NCBI GenBank assembly: GCA_028066595.1
Contig: JALCBJ010000021.1
Coordinates: forward strand, 3,543 to 67,542
Length of the DNA: 64,000 nucleotides
Direction of reading: 5' to 3'
Source of the DNA: Thermoanaerobaculia bacterium
GTDB lineage: Bacteria; Acidobacteriota; Thermoanaerobaculia; Multivoradales; J023
Shown here piece after piece: positions 1 to 9,967 of the stretch (its first letter is position 1; the number at the start of each line of letters is the position of its first letter). The position numbers and the translations under genes were made by a program. Under the pieces are notes generated by a model. That model ran no database searches. It was given only the letters and a program-made list of their open reading frames with translations, and had not been told where the DNA came from.

Positions 1-1511
1 TGCGCCGCGGCGAGGCGCGTGTCGCAGCCCACGGGCCCCTGGTGGCATCCACTGGCCCGCATACCGGTCGGTCCCCCAACGATCGATACGTGGTGGAGGA
101 GCCTTCGTCGAAGGACAATATCTGGTGGGGCGCGGTCAACGTGCCGGTCTCGGAGGAGGTCTTCGAGCGCCTGGAGACCAAGGTCAGGCAGCACCTTTCG
201 GAACGCGATCTCTTCGTGTTCGACGGATTCGCCGGAGCCGACGAACGCTATCGCCTGAACGTACGGGTGGTGAACGAGAACGCATGGCAGAACCTCTTCG
301 CCCGCAACATGTTCGTGCGTACCACGGACCGTGATGTCCTCGAAGACTTCCGGCCGGACTTCACCGTTCTTCACGCGCCCAGCTTGCAGGCCGAGCCGGC
401 CGAGGACGGCATCCGGTCCGGCACCTTCATTCTCCTTCATTTCGGACGCAGACTGGTGCTCATCGGCGGCACGCAATACGCCGGTGAGATCAAGAAGAGC
501 ATCTTTACCGTGATGAACTACCTGCTACCCAAGCAGGGCATCATGGCCATGCACTGCTCGGCCAACTACTCCGGGACGAAGGACGACGGAGCCGACGTCA
601 ACGCGGCTCTCTTCTTCGGACTCTCGGGTACCGGCAAGACCACGCTGTCGGCTGATCCGTCGCGGTCTCTGGTGGGTGACGACGAGCACGGTTGGTCGGC
701 GGATGGCGTGTTCAACTTCGAAGGAGGTTGTTACGCCAAGGTGATCCGCCTCGATCCCGAAGGAGAGCCGGAGATCTACGCCACAACCCGGCGCTTCGGC
801 ACCATCCTCGAGAACGTTGTCTTCGACGAGGAGAGCCGCCAGCTCGATCTCGACGACGATTCGAAGACCGAGAACACTCGTGCCTCCTATCCCGTGGAAC
901 AGATCTCCAACGCCGACCTGTCCGGTACGACCGGCCATCCGAAGAACGTCGTATTCCTCACCTGCGACGCCTTTGGCGTGCTGCCGCCCATCAGCCGGCT
1001 CACGGAGGAGCAGGCGATGTACCACTTTCTCTCTGGCTACACCGCCAAAGTAGCTGGCACGGAGAAAGGTGTCACCGAGCCCACCGCGACATTCTCGACC
1101 TGCTTCGGCGCGCCCTTCATGCCCCGCCACCCCGGCGTCTATGCCGAGCTACTCGGCGAGAAGATCCGTCGCCACGGCGCCAGCGTCTGGCTGGTGAATA
1201 CCGGCTGGACCGGCGGCCCCCACGGTGTGGGCTCACGCATGAAACTGCGCTACACCCGGCGTATGGTGCGAGCAGCCCTCGCCGGCGAGCTGGACGATAC
1301 CGAGACCGCGACCGACGCGATCTTCGGCGTCGCCGTACCGCAGGCCATCGAGGGCGTGCCGTCCGAGCTTCTGATCCCCAGGAACACCTGGCCCGATCCG
1401 GGCGCCTTCGATGCCCAGGCCAAGAAGCTGGCGCAGATGTTCGTCGACAACTTCGGACAGTTCGAAGATGGCGTCTCGGACGCGGTCAAGGCGGCGGCTC
1501 CGAAGACCTGA
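1..1511 (+). CDS. pckA: Phosphoenolpyruvate carboxykinase (ATP), 5' end truncated by window edge
   Basis: The frame is open from nt 3 (..[19 protein letters not shown]..), so the listed start at 42 is an internal GTG. Motifs [11 protein letters not shown] (P-loop), GDDEHGW and ENTRASYP are present, and the order is colinear with ATP-type PckA. Confidence 0.93.
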   Translation, partial: RRGEARVAAHGPLVASTGPHTGRSPNDRYVVEEPSSKDNIWWGAVNVPVSEEVFERLETKVRQHLSERDLFVFDGFAGADERYRLNVRVVNENAWQNLFARNMFVRTTDRDVLEDFRPDFTVLHAPSLQAEPAEDGIRSGTFILLHFGRRLVLIGGTQYAGEIKKSIFTVMNYLLPKQGIMAMHCSANYSGTKDDGADVNAALFFGLSGTGKTTLSADPSRSLVGDDEHGWSADGVFNFEGGCYAKVIRLDPEGEPEIYATTRRFGTILENVVFDEESRQLDLDDDSKTENTRASYPVEQISNADLSGTTGHPKNVVFLTCDAFGVLPPISRLTEEQAMYHFLSGYTAKVAGTEKGVTEPTATFSTCFGAPFMPRHPGVYAELLGEKIRRHGASVWLVNTGWTGGPHGVGSRMKLRYTRRMVRAALAGELDDTETATDAIFGVAVPQAIEGVPSELLIPRNTWPDPGAFDAQAKKLAQMFVDNFGQFEDGVSDAVKAAAPKT

Positions 1512-1577
1512 ACCGCCGCCGACCGGTCGCCCTCACTCGGAGAACCTGGGCTCGGGCTGGGCCCTCCTCCGATCGGC

Positions 1578-2195
1578 TCAATCGCCGACGATGGCTTTGA
1601 AGGCGAACGCTGCTGCGATTCCGGCAGCAAGCTGCGCCGCCAGATAGATCCAGATCGAGGCCCACTCCGCCAAACCCATCACCGAGATGCCGACGGCCAC
1701 AGCCGGGTTGAATACGCCACCCGAGATCGAACCGACGGCAAAAGCGCCCGCCATCACCGTGAAGCCGATGGCGAGACCGTAGTGGGAGTTGCCTTCGTTG
1801 GCCTTGGCCGTAGCGACGTTGAGGATCACCCAGCAAAGTCCGAAGGTGAAGAGGAACTCCGCCAATAGCGCCGGAACCGTGTCGAGGGGGCTCGAGCTCA
1901 TCGTTTCAGCCGACAACACTCCGACCGTCAGCGCCGCGACCACGGCGCCCACCAGCTGAGCCGCTACGTAGCCCGGTATGTCCGAGGCTGGGCACTTTCC
2001 GCGCAGATACACAGCCAGCGTGACGGCTGGGTTGTAGTGGGCGCCGGAAACGTGACCGCCAGCGTAGATCATGACCATCAAGACCGAGCCGATGGCCAGC
2101 GGAGCGAGGTTACCGGCGAGACCGAGGCCAGCAGCGAGACCGACCGTGAGAACGAGGAAGAAAGTGCCGAGGAACTCGACGAGGTACTTGTTCAC
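1578..2195 (-). CDS. aqpZ: MIP-family channel (aquaporin Z / GlpF-like)
   Basis: Two NPA boxes (HYNPAVTLA, VFNPAVAVG) and six hydrophobic segments. GTG at 2195 is preceded by AAGGAG with a 6-nt spacer and is preferred over the listed TTG at 2228. Confidence 0.85.
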   Translation of the reverse strand: MNKYLVEFLGTFFLVLTVGLAAGLGLAGNLAPLAIGSVLMVMIYAGGHVSGAHYNPAVTLAVYLRGKCPASDIPGYVAAQLVGAVVAALTVGVLSAETMSSSPLDTVPALLAEFLFTFGLCWVILNVATAKANEGNSHYGLAIGFTVMAGAFAVGSISGGVFNPAVAVGISVMGLAEWASIWIYLAAQLAAGIAAAFAFKAIVGD

Positions 2196-2299
2196 GAAGC
2201 TCTCCTTCGAGAATCGAGATTGGATCAACGGGTTGTCGAACGTGGTGGGCCTATCCTATGCGAGGCGGACGGACCGCCTGCTGATAGATTGACGGGCCC

Positions 2300-3148
2300 A
2301 TGAGCTCTGTTTCGAATCCGTCTGAGCCGCCGTCCGACAGACCCCGCCCGCACGACCGAGCACCCGATGCTCTGCGTCCTGTTCTCATCGACCTGAACGC
2401 CCAGAAGTTCGCCGAGGGATCGTGCCTGATCGAGTTCGGCGACACGCGCGTTCTGGTGGCCGCCAGTATCGAGCGCCGGGTACCGCCTTTTCTCGAAGGC
2501 ACCGGACGCGGCTGGGTGACGGGCGAGTACGCCATGCTCCCTCGTGCCACGCACACCCGCTCCCGCCGGGAGGTTAGCCGAGGCAAGCCGAGCGGACGCA
2601 GCCAGGAGATCCAGCGTCTGATCGGACGGTCCCTGCGCTCGGGCGTCGATCTCTCGAAACTAGGCGAGATCACCGTGACCCTCGACTGCGATGTCCTCCA
2701 GGCAGACGGAGGCACCCGTACGGCCGCTATCACCGGGGCCTGGGTAGCGATGACGCAAGCTCTTGCCATGGCCTTTCTGGCGGGCGACCTTCCAGACTGG
2801 CCTGTCTACCGCCAGGTGGCGGCGATTTCGGTAGGTGTCGTGGATGGTCGACCACTCCTGGACCTGGAGTACGTCGAAGACTCGAACGCCGAGGTGGACA
2901 TGAACGTGGTCGGTACCGCCGAAGGCGATCTCATCGAGGTCCAAGGCACGGGCGAAGAACGGCCGTTCTCGCGACGAGAGATGGACCGGCTCCTCGATCT
3001 CGCTCTCGGTGGAATCGACGACCTCGCCGCCGTCCAGACCGCAGCCCTTGGAAGCATCTTGGGCGACGTGGAAGAGCGTCGAAAACGGGGCGGCCGCCGA
3101 GCACTTCCCAGGGACGAGTCGGAGCTGTGGGGCCCACCCGGTGCCTAG
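2300..3148 (+). CDS. rph: Ribonuclease PH
   Basis: Colinear with E. coli Rph: [69 protein letters not shown]. It carries an extra Arg-rich C-terminal tail of about 40 aa. Confidence 0.93.
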   Translation: MSSVSNPSEPPSDRPRPHDRAPDALRPVLIDLNAQKFAEGSCLIEFGDTRVLVAASIERRVPPFLEGTGRGWVTGEYAMLPRATHTRSRREVSRGKPSGRSQEIQRLIGRSLRSGVDLSKLGEITVTLDCDVLQADGGTRTAAITGAWVAMTQALAMAFLAGDLPDWPVYRQVAAISVGVVDGRPLLDLEYVEDSNAEVDMNVVGTAEGDLIEVQGTGEERPFSRREMDRLLDLALGGIDDLAAVQTAALGSILGDVEERRKRGGRRALPRDESELWGPPGA

Positions 3149-3233
3149 ATCCGCTGCGGCGCTCGTCGACTCCCCACCCACGGCCCGATTCGCTGAGATC
3201 CGGTCGATCTTGCAGGGGGAAGCGTAGAGCCCT

Positions 3234-4049
3234 ATGTCCATGTCGTTGACCTACACGCGCTATCTGGAGCTCGAGAAGCTGCTGCAACTGCAAATCCCGC
3301 GATCTGGCAGCTCGTGGGGCGAAGCGGAGCATGACGAGCACCTCTTCATCGTCATCCACCAGGTCTATGAGCTGTGGTTCAAGCAGGTTCTCCACGAGCT
3401 GGACTTCCTGGGTGAGCTCTTCGAGCACCATCGCCAGGAAGACCCACGGACGTCGCGCATCCGTTCGACGCTTCAGCGTGTGCTGACGATCTTGAAGACT
3501 ATGGTGGCTCAGGTCGACATCTTGGAGACGATGACACCGATCTCTTTCGGCTCGTTTCGCTCACGCCTGGAGGAAGCATCGGGATTCCAGTCTCCTCAGT
3601 TCCGCGAGCTGGAGTTCCTCCTCGGGCACCGCCGTCGCGGCATGCTGCAGCATCACGTGGAGAACCCTGGCGCGATGGCCCGTTTGGAGCGCCGTCTCGA
3701 CGAGCCACCGCTTTTCCAGCTGTTTTTGTGCTTTCTCCGCAGCTCGGGCTACGACATTCCGGAGAGCGTGCTCACGTTCGACCCTGAATCGCCGATCGTC
3801 GAGATGCCCGAAATTCGACCGGAACTGGTGCGCCTCTACCAGGTCGACGATCAGTTGGCACAGATCTGCGAGAACATGGTGGACTTCGACGAGGGCCTGC
3901 AGGAATGGCGTTACCGTCACGTGAAGATGGTCGAGCGGACCATCGGTCACAAGCCGGGCACTGGTGGATCGGCCGGTGCCGAGTATCTACGTACGACGCT
4001 GTTTCGGCCCGTCTTTCCCGATCTTTGGGCCATCCGCTCCGAGCTGTGA
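3234..4049 (+). CDS. kynA: Tryptophan 2,3-dioxygenase
   Basis: TDO family motifs YTRYLELEKLLQLQ, HDEHLFIVIHQVYELWFKQ and EWRYRHVKMVERTIG. Confidence 0.88.
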   Translation: MSMSLTYTRYLELEKLLQLQIPRSGSSWGEAEHDEHLFIVIHQVYELWFKQVLHELDFLGELFEHHRQEDPRTSRIRSTLQRVLTILKTMVAQVDILETMTPISFGSFRSRLEEASGFQSPQFRELEFLLGHRRRGMLQHHVENPGAMARLERRLDEPPLFQLFLCFLRSSGYDIPESVLTFDPESPIVEMPEIRPELVRLYQVDDQLAQICENMVDFDEGLQEWRYRHVKMVERTIGHKPGTGGSAGAEYLRTTLFRPVFPDLWAIRSEL

Positions 4050-4052
4050 CAT

Positions 4053-5261
4053 ATGGGCTACCGTGCCGAAGAACTCTTTGAGGAACCGAACGCGCTGGCC
4101 CGGCACTACTCGCGCTTTCGCGTGCAGGATCGCATCCTGCTCACCGGCCACTCCCACCAGGCGTGGCCGGACTACGCCCGAGAGGGTCAACTGGCTGCGT
4201 GGGACGACGCCGCTCGATTGACGGACGACAAATGGGCTGCCGCGTTCGCCCAAGCCGAACGCGTGGAGCGTGGCTTCGCCGAGCGTCTAGGCGACGGCGA
4301 AAGCCTGCGCCGGGGTGATTCGAGCTACGCTCTAGCCTCCTGTGTTCACGATCTCCTGGTGCGGTTCCTCTCCGCTCTACCCCTGCGCGGTCGTCCGAAG
4401 CTGGTCACCACCGACGGCGAGTTCCACTCCCTGCGCCGGCAGTTGACACGCCTCGAGGAGGAGGGTGTCGAGATCGTCCGCGTGCGCAGCGAGGAGCCCG
4501 ACGGCATCGCCGAGGCCCTGGCCGAAGCGGTTTGCGACCGCACCGCCGCGGTGCTCGCCTCGTCGGTCCTGTTCCAGAGCGGACGCATCGTACCCGGGCT
4601 CGGCCACGCCTGTGCAGCATCGCGGCGCTGCGGTGCCGAGTTCGTGGTCGACGCGTATCACCAGGTCAACGTCGTGCCTTTCGACATCCACTCCGAAGGG
4701 CTCACCGAGGCCCACGTGGTCGGCGGCGGCTACAAATACTGCCAGCTGGGCGAGGGTAACTGCTTCCTGCGCGTGCCGGCCGGACGCAAACCGCGCCCGG
4801 TGATCACCGGCTGGTTCGCGGAGTTCGAACGTCTAGAGAAAGCTCCGAGGGGCGGCGTGGCCTACGGCGTCGGTGCCGCGGCTTACGGTGGTGCGACCTA
4901 CGACCCCACCAGTCAGTACCGAGCTTCGCGGGTCTTCGATTTCCTCGACGACGAAGGCTTGACTCCGACCTTTCTGCGACAGGTCAGCCAGCACCAAGTA
5001 CGACTCCTGGCGCGGTGTTTCGACCAGATCGATCTCGATCCGGAGACCGTCCGCAGGCCGCAACACGACCTGACCTCCCAGGGTGGATTTCTCGTGCTCA
5101 CCGCGCCCAAGGCCGCCGAGCTGACGCAGCAACTCAGGCAGCGCGAGGTGTGGGTCGATTCACGAGGCGATGCGCTACGACTGGGCCCTGCGCCCTACCT
5201 TTCTGATCGCCAGATACGTGATGCGATCGGTCAGCTCGGGGAGCTTGCGCGCACCCTTTGA
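4053..5261 (+). CDS. Kynureninase-like class-V aminotransferase-fold PLP enzyme
   Basis: ATG lies 4 nt after the kynA stop, suggesting translational coupling. GGGYKYCQLGEG resembles the kynureninase PLP-lysine motif (YKYLNxGPG). The N-terminus diverges from canonical KynU. Confidence 0.6.
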   Translation: MGYRAEELFEEPNALARHYSRFRVQDRILLTGHSHQAWPDYAREGQLAAWDDAARLTDDKWAAAFAQAERVERGFAERLGDGESLRRGDSSYALASCVHDLLVRFLSALPLRGRPKLVTTDGEFHSLRRQLTRLEEEGVEIVRVRSEEPDGIAEALAEAVCDRTAAVLASSVLFQSGRIVPGLGHACAASRRCGAEFVVDAYHQVNVVPFDIHSEGLTEAHVVGGGYKYCQLGEGNCFLRVPAGRKPRPVITGWFAEFERLEKAPRGGVAYGVGAAAYGGATYDPTSQYRASRVFDFLDDEGLTPTFLRQVSQHQVRLLARCFDQIDLDPETVRRPQHDLTSQGGFLVLTAPKAAELTQQLRQREVWVDSRGDALRLGPAPYLSDRQIRDAIGQLGELARTL

Positions 5262-5394
5262 GCCCATCTGGGCAACATCTGCGCGGTGTCTGGCCATGAA
5301 GCCTTGGCAGTCCTCAGAGACGTTTGCGGAAACACTCGTAAATCCGCGAATCTAAGGAGTTTGCGCCGCACCGCCGCCTCGTATAATCGACCGC

Positions 5395-8295
5395 ATGGTC
5401 GACAAGATCGGCCCGTACCGGGTCTACGAGCGTCTGGGCGTGGGTGGCATGGGCGAGGTGTACAAAGCCTATGACGACAAGCTCGACCGCTGGGTGGCGA
5501 TCAAACGCATCCGGCCCGACCGTGAGGATGCGGAGGACAACCGCGAGCGCTTCAAACGCGAGGCCCGCGCGACCGCCCGACTCAACCATCCCTCGATCGT
5601 CCATCTGTACGGCATCTTCCAGGATGGTGACTCCGACTGCATCGTCATGGAGTACGTCGACGGTGTGACGCTGGACCGCAAGCTGATGAACGGTCCGCTC
5701 GACCCGCTGCAGGTGGCCACACTCGGTCACGAAATCGCATCGGGACTGGCGGAAGCCCACGCGAACGGCATCCTGCATCGCGACCTGAAGGCCGAGAACA
5801 TCATCATTACCCTCAAGGGTCACTCGAAGATCCTCGACTTCGGCCTGGCAAAGCCGATCCTCTCCGGGGAGCTCGACCCGATCCTCACCGGCAAAGGTCA
5901 GCTGGTAGGCACCAGCCGTGCCATGTCACCCGAGTACGTCGGTGGCGAGGCCATCGACCACCGCTCCGACCTCTTCTCCCTGGGTGTCCTTCTCTACGAG
6001 TGCCTCACCGGCCAGTCACCGTTCAAGGCCCACAACACACTGGCGACTCTGAAACAGGTGATGCTGCACAAGCAGACGCCGATTCGCGAAATCAACAAGG
6101 AGGTGCCCCAGGAGCTATCCGACGTCATCGACGAGCTGCTGGCCAAGGATCCCAACGAGAGGCCCCAGACCGCGCGCGAGGTGGCTCTGACCTTTGGCAG
6201 CCTCTGCGGTCAACTCTCGTCTGCGGATCTCGAGCGGCCGGCCGGCCCCAGCCTGCTGGAGTCCACCTCCTCGAAGATCAGATCCACGGCCCGAGCTTTC
6301 TCCTCCTCTGAGACCATGCTCGATCTTCGACCCCGTCGGCGCTGGATGACCGGTCTGGTGACGATCTTGGGCCTCCTCGTGCTGGCGTTTCTGCTCGGCC
6401 GGTTCTTCGATCGCGAGCAAGATGTCGCCCCGTTGCCGGAAGGAGAACGGATCCGTGTCGTGCTCGGCGACTTCGTCAACAAGACCGAAGAATCCGTCTT
6501 CGATGATTCCCTGCAGCAGGCCATGCGAGTCGATCTAGAGCAGAGTCAGTTCGTGGAGGCTTTGTCGCCGTCCAGCGTTCGCCAAACGCTGACTCGCATG
6601 GAGAAGCCAGAAGAAGCCGAGGTCAACCGCGAGATCGCTGTCGAGATCGCTCAGCGTGAGGGAGCGCATCGAGTCGTGCTCGGAGAGATTCAGCGCTTCG
6701 GCTCTACCTACTCGCTTCTCGTCCAGGTCGTGGCGCCGGAGAACGACGCGACGACGTTCTCGGCGTCGGAATCGGCCAGGAACCATGACGCCATTCTGAC
6801 GACGATGCAGAAGCTGACGACCGCGGTACGACGGCATCTCGGCGAATCTGCCGACGAGATCAGCCGGTCGACGGTAGCTCTCGAGAAGGTCACGACCGCC
6901 AATTTCGAGGCCTTGCGCGCATACACCCTCGGCGAGCAACGGATGTCTCGGCAGAAATTCGACGAAGCGGTACCTCTGTTCCGTCGCGCCATCGAGCTAG
7001 ATCCGAGCTTCGGTATGGCCCACGCAAAGCTGACCGTCGCCTACAGCAACCTCGGCAACACCGACCTCGCCTCAGAAGCGGCCCTCGAAGCCCAAAAGCA
7101 CTCGGAACGAATGACCGAGGAGGAACGCTTCTACATCGATGGCTGGGTTGCCAGATGGCTGGGTACTCCAGAAGACGTCATCGACCTGTGGTCGCTCTAT
7201 CGAGATCTCCATCCGGAAAAGTACCCTGGACACAGCAATCTAGGTTTGTCGTACTGGTACTACCGGAACAACTTCGAGGCTGCAGCGACGGGCTTCGAAG
7301 GTGCCGCCCGTACCGCACAGACCCCCGGTGACAAGCAACTCGCCGAGGCCTGCCTAGGGTTCTGTCGCCTCGCCCTGGGGGACCTGGCGGGCGCCGAACC
7401 TCCCCTCCGGCTCGGTGGGAGTTTCGGCACCGAAGGACTCGTATTGTTGGCCTCGGTGCGAGGTCGGTACGACGACGCCCAAAGGCTCATCGGAATGCTG
7501 GACGAGCCAGGGACCAACGCACGTAGTCTGCAAATCATCCAGACGAGCCAGGGGTTGCTGGAAGCCGCGCTGCAGACCAGTCAGCGCACCGGCAGCCGAT
7601 CCGGCAGCGCTGGCGGGCCCCTCGAAGTCGTCCTGGAAATGCACGGGGTGATTGCCGAGATCGCACTACGTAGCGCGATCGGCGAGGGCACCGGGATGGA
7701 GCTCGCGATCGAGAGGTTGTACTCGATCATCGACCGCACGGACCCGTACAGCAGGAACACCAACGAGCGATCGGCGCCCATGGTCGCGGCCGCGGTGAAG
7801 ATACTCGCGAGATCCGGACGCCTCGACGAGGCACGTAGGCTCCGTTCGGTCCTAGGCGAACCCAAGGTACATACTCAGATGATCGTGCGTGCCTTGATCG
7901 AAGTCGCGGATGCCGAGATCAAGCTGGCGGAGCGCGACTTCCCTGCCAGTGAAGAGCATCTCTCTCGATCGCTATCGATGGTCGAGACGATCACGGGCCA
8001 CGACAGCTCCGCAGCGCTATATGCGGCGCAAGGACAGGAGCGGGCGATCGAGGAGTATCGGTGGATTCAGGAACGCCCCGGACTCGCATATGTCGAGTGC
8101 TATCTCTCCTGCTCAGGCGTCTCGCACACGGTCCTCATGTGGACCATGGCCTCGTTCGAGCTCGGAAAGCTGCTGGAGGAAAGCGACCCGGAAGCGGCGG
8201 CCGGTGCATACTCAGTCTTTGTCGAGAGGTGGAGTGAGTCGGAGGCCCCGGAAGTAGTGATCGCTCACGACCGGCTCGCTGCTCTCGGCAGATGA
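5395..8295 (+). CDS. Ser/Thr protein kinase with one TM segment and extracytoplasmic a/b module plus TPR-like repeats
   Basis: Hanks motifs GVGGMGEVYKA, AIKRI, HRDLKAENI, DFGLA and SPEY. TM segment WMTGLVTILGLLVLAFLLG. The C-terminal ~600 aa is helical-repeat (TPR-like). Confidence 0.9.
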   Translation: MVDKIGPYRVYERLGVGGMGEVYKAYDDKLDRWVAIKRIRPDREDAEDNRERFKREARATARLNHPSIVHLYGIFQDGDSDCIVMEYVDGVTLDRKLMNGPLDPLQVATLGHEIASGLAEAHANGILHRDLKAENIIITLKGHSKILDFGLAKPILSGELDPILTGKGQLVGTSRAMSPEYVGGEAIDHRSDLFSLGVLLYECLTGQSPFKAHNTLATLKQVMLHKQTPIREINKEVPQELSDVIDELLAKDPNERPQTAREVALTFGSLCGQLSSADLERPAGPSLLESTSSKIRSTARAFSSSETMLDLRPRRRWMTGLVTILGLLVLAFLLGRFFDREQDVAPLPEGERIRVVLGDFVNKTEESVFDDSLQQAMRVDLEQSQFVEALSPSSVRQTLTRMEKPEEAEVNREIAVEIAQREGAHRVVLGEIQRFGSTYSLLVQVVAPENDATTFSASESARNHDAILTTMQKLTTAVRRHLGESADEISRSTVALEKVTTANFEALRAYTLGEQRMSRQKFDEAVPLFRRAIELDPSFGMAHAKLTVAYSNLGNTDLASEAALEAQKHSERMTEEERFYIDGWVARWLGTPEDVIDLWSLYRDLHPEKYPGHSNLGLSYWYYRNNFEAAATGFEGAARTAQTPGDKQLAEACLGFCRLALGDLAGAEPPLRLGGSFGTEGLVLLASVRGRYDDAQRLIGMLDEPGTNARSLQIIQTSQGLLEAALQTSQRTGSRSGSAGGPLEVVLEMHGVIAEIALRSAIGEGTGMELAIERLYSIIDRTDPYSRNTNERSAPMVAAAVKILARSGRLDEARRLRSVLGEPKVHTQMIVRALIEVADAEIKLAERDFPASEEHLSRSLSMVETITGHDSSAALYAAQGQERAIEEYRWIQERPGLAYVECYLSCSGVSHTVLMWTMASFELGKLLEESDPEAAAGAYSVFVERWSESEAPEVVIAHDRLAALGR

Positions 8296-9606
8296 GCCAG
8301 TCGGCCTGACTCGAACCGTGCGGATGTCTGCCTCTCCCGGCATCGGAGGAGCTCCAGGCACGAAGCGTTCGATCGACGGCCAATCGCCCAGCCGTTCCTT
8401 CGGCATTCCGCAGCCGCAGAGACCGAGGGGCGCCTCCCGGTTTTCATCGATGCCCAGGATCCGACTGGTCACGGATCCCGCGACTGCGGCCGAATAGAAC
8501 GCTCCGAGTCCGAGCTTGGTTGCGATCAGGTAGAACGACTGCCCCAAATGTCCGGCATCTTGATGGAGGACGGCGTAGGTCCTGGACCGGCTACGATACT
8601 TCCAGAAGTTCCGATCCAGCCGAGCGACCAGAAGAATCAAGACCGCGGCGTTGCCGGCAAACTCCTGGCCGCTCGCCAAACCGATCATCAGCGATTTCAT
8701 TGCTCCCTCTGGAGCCAGTCGAACGGGCTGTAGTGCATGCCCAAACGGGTCGTAGTAGTACAGGCCCGAACGCAGACCCTCGACGTTCCGAATCAATGGA
8801 AACGCCTCGATCGGATGAACGGCGCCTCCGGACGGGCTCGTCTTGAGAGGCACGGTGTAGCGTTCCGATAGGGAAATCGTAGCGTGGACACCGAACGTCC
8901 AACGTAACAAGGTCGAGAGGCCCTTCAGGTCGATCGGGCGGTCGAGGAAACGCCGACAGGTGCGGCGGCGACTCAACAATCGAAACAGCTCGCTGTCGAG
9001 CTCCGGCTGATCTGCGAGCTCCACCGGGAACGAGTCGGCTGCCGAGTCCGATACATCGGCCGCGTAGTTCGTCCGAACAGGTGGAGGCGGACCGTACTGT
9101 CGGATGAATCTCTCGACGTCAGACGTGGCGCTCTCCAGCTGCTCCTCGACGCTTGGAGAGCTCGAATCGCTCGTTAGAGCCTCTCCGCTGTCGGGTGACC
9201 CTTCGAACAGGCAGCTCGCCTGGAACAACGCAGCGTTCGCATCCCAAGGGATGCTCTTTCTCGCGTTCCAGCGCTCATCGTCTGCGTGTGTCAGCAGACC
9301 TTCGGCCAATAACTGGCTCAGATCGAGATTCGCGTTCTCCGCTCGTTGCCGGAGCTGTTCGGTATCTACCGGTTCGCGCTCCGGAACGGACGCCAGGAAC
9401 TCTAGCTCGCTGACAGAACAGGGCCGCGCTTTGCCGGTGAACGGATTGAGAACCGCGAGCTGGGCATCGCTGCCCATCGAGACTTCGCCTCGCAACAGCG
9501 CCCGTAGCTCGACGGTAGCCACTTCCCGCAAGCAGAAGTGTATCGATGGCGCACGACACACTTGCTTCGGAAGGGACAGGGCGTCATACACGTGTGCGGC
9601 GAGCAT
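8212..9606 (-). CDS. SagB-type (nitroreductase-fold, FMN) dehydrogenase with uncharacterised ~230-aa N-terminal region
   Basis: The C-terminal half carries RRTCRRF, KTSPSGGAVHPIEAF, LYYYDP, YRSRSRTYAVLHQDAGHLGQSFYL and GLGAF. GTG 9609 / ATG 9606 follows AGGAGG. The 3' end overlaps the convergent kinase gene by 84 nt. Confidence 0.8.
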   Translation of the reverse strand: MLAAHVYDALSLPKQVCRAPSIHFCLREVATVELRALLRGEVSMGSDAQLAVLNPFTGKARPCSVSELEFLASVPEREPVDTEQLRQRAENANLDLSQLLAEGLLTHADDERWNARKSIPWDANAALFQASCLFEGSPDSGEALTSDSSSPSVEEQLESATSDVERFIRQYGPPPPVRTNYAADVSDSAADSFPVELADQPELDSELFRLLSRRRTCRRFLDRPIDLKGLSTLLRWTFGVHATISLSERYTVPLKTSPSGGAVHPIEAFPLIRNVEGLRSGLYYYDPFGHALQPVRLAPEGAMKSLMIGLASGQEFAGNAAVLILLVARLDRNFWKYRSRSRTYAVLHQDAGHLGQSFYLIATKLGLGAFYSAAVAGSVTSRILGIDENREAPLGLCGCGMPKERLGDWPSIERFVPGAPPMPGEADIRTVRVRPTGSSAESSEPVVSDHYFRGLRLTPPLDKD

Positions 9607-9670
9607 CACCTCCTAAAGATCGAAGGAGGCGGCCTCTGAAACGAAGGTCAGTTTCGTCGACTGAGCCGCG

Positions 9671-9967
9671 TCAGCTCAAAAAGATCGACCAGTAGGGGAT
9701 CCAGTCCCCCGGCGGATCTGGAAGGGTAGGCTTTGGATTTCCGTTGCCGTTCGACGAATCGTCACCTGTCCCCGGATTTGCGGAGATCTCGGCCAGCTCG
9801 TCGAGGCCGGGCAGTCGAACCTCGGCGGGAAGGTCGCACTCGTTCACCCGAATTCCGTGGGCAGCCAGAGTCTTGACGGGATCGGCGACGAAATCGCGTC
9901 GGAACTCCGGATCGGCCAAGAGGCTGACTGGAACGTTCTGGGAAGCGGAGTCTGCCGAGCTGAGCAT
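9671..9967 (-). CDS. Small protein with NHLP-like (nitrile hydratase leader peptide-like) N-terminus; candidate RiPP precursor
   Basis: ATG is preceded by AGGAGG with an 8-nt spacer. ADPEFRRDFVADPVKTLAAHGIRV..LPAEV follows the NHLP leader pattern. The C-terminal ANPGTGDDSSNGNGNPKPTLPDPPGDWIPYWSIFLS is compositionally distinct. It lies 62 nt upstream of the SagB-type gene on the same strand. Confidence 0.6.
   Translation of the reverse strand: MLSSADSASQNVPVSLLADPEFRRDFVADPVKTLAAHGIRVNECDLPAEVRLPGLDELAEISANPGTGDDSSNGNGNPKPTLPDPPGDWIPYWSIFLS

Noticed and set aside
3234-5261. Incomplete kynurenine pathway (no kynB formamidase) as an anomaly
   Set aside because: kynB is often unlinked or replaced by other amidases, so its absence from a 2-gene cluster is not informative within a 64-kb window.
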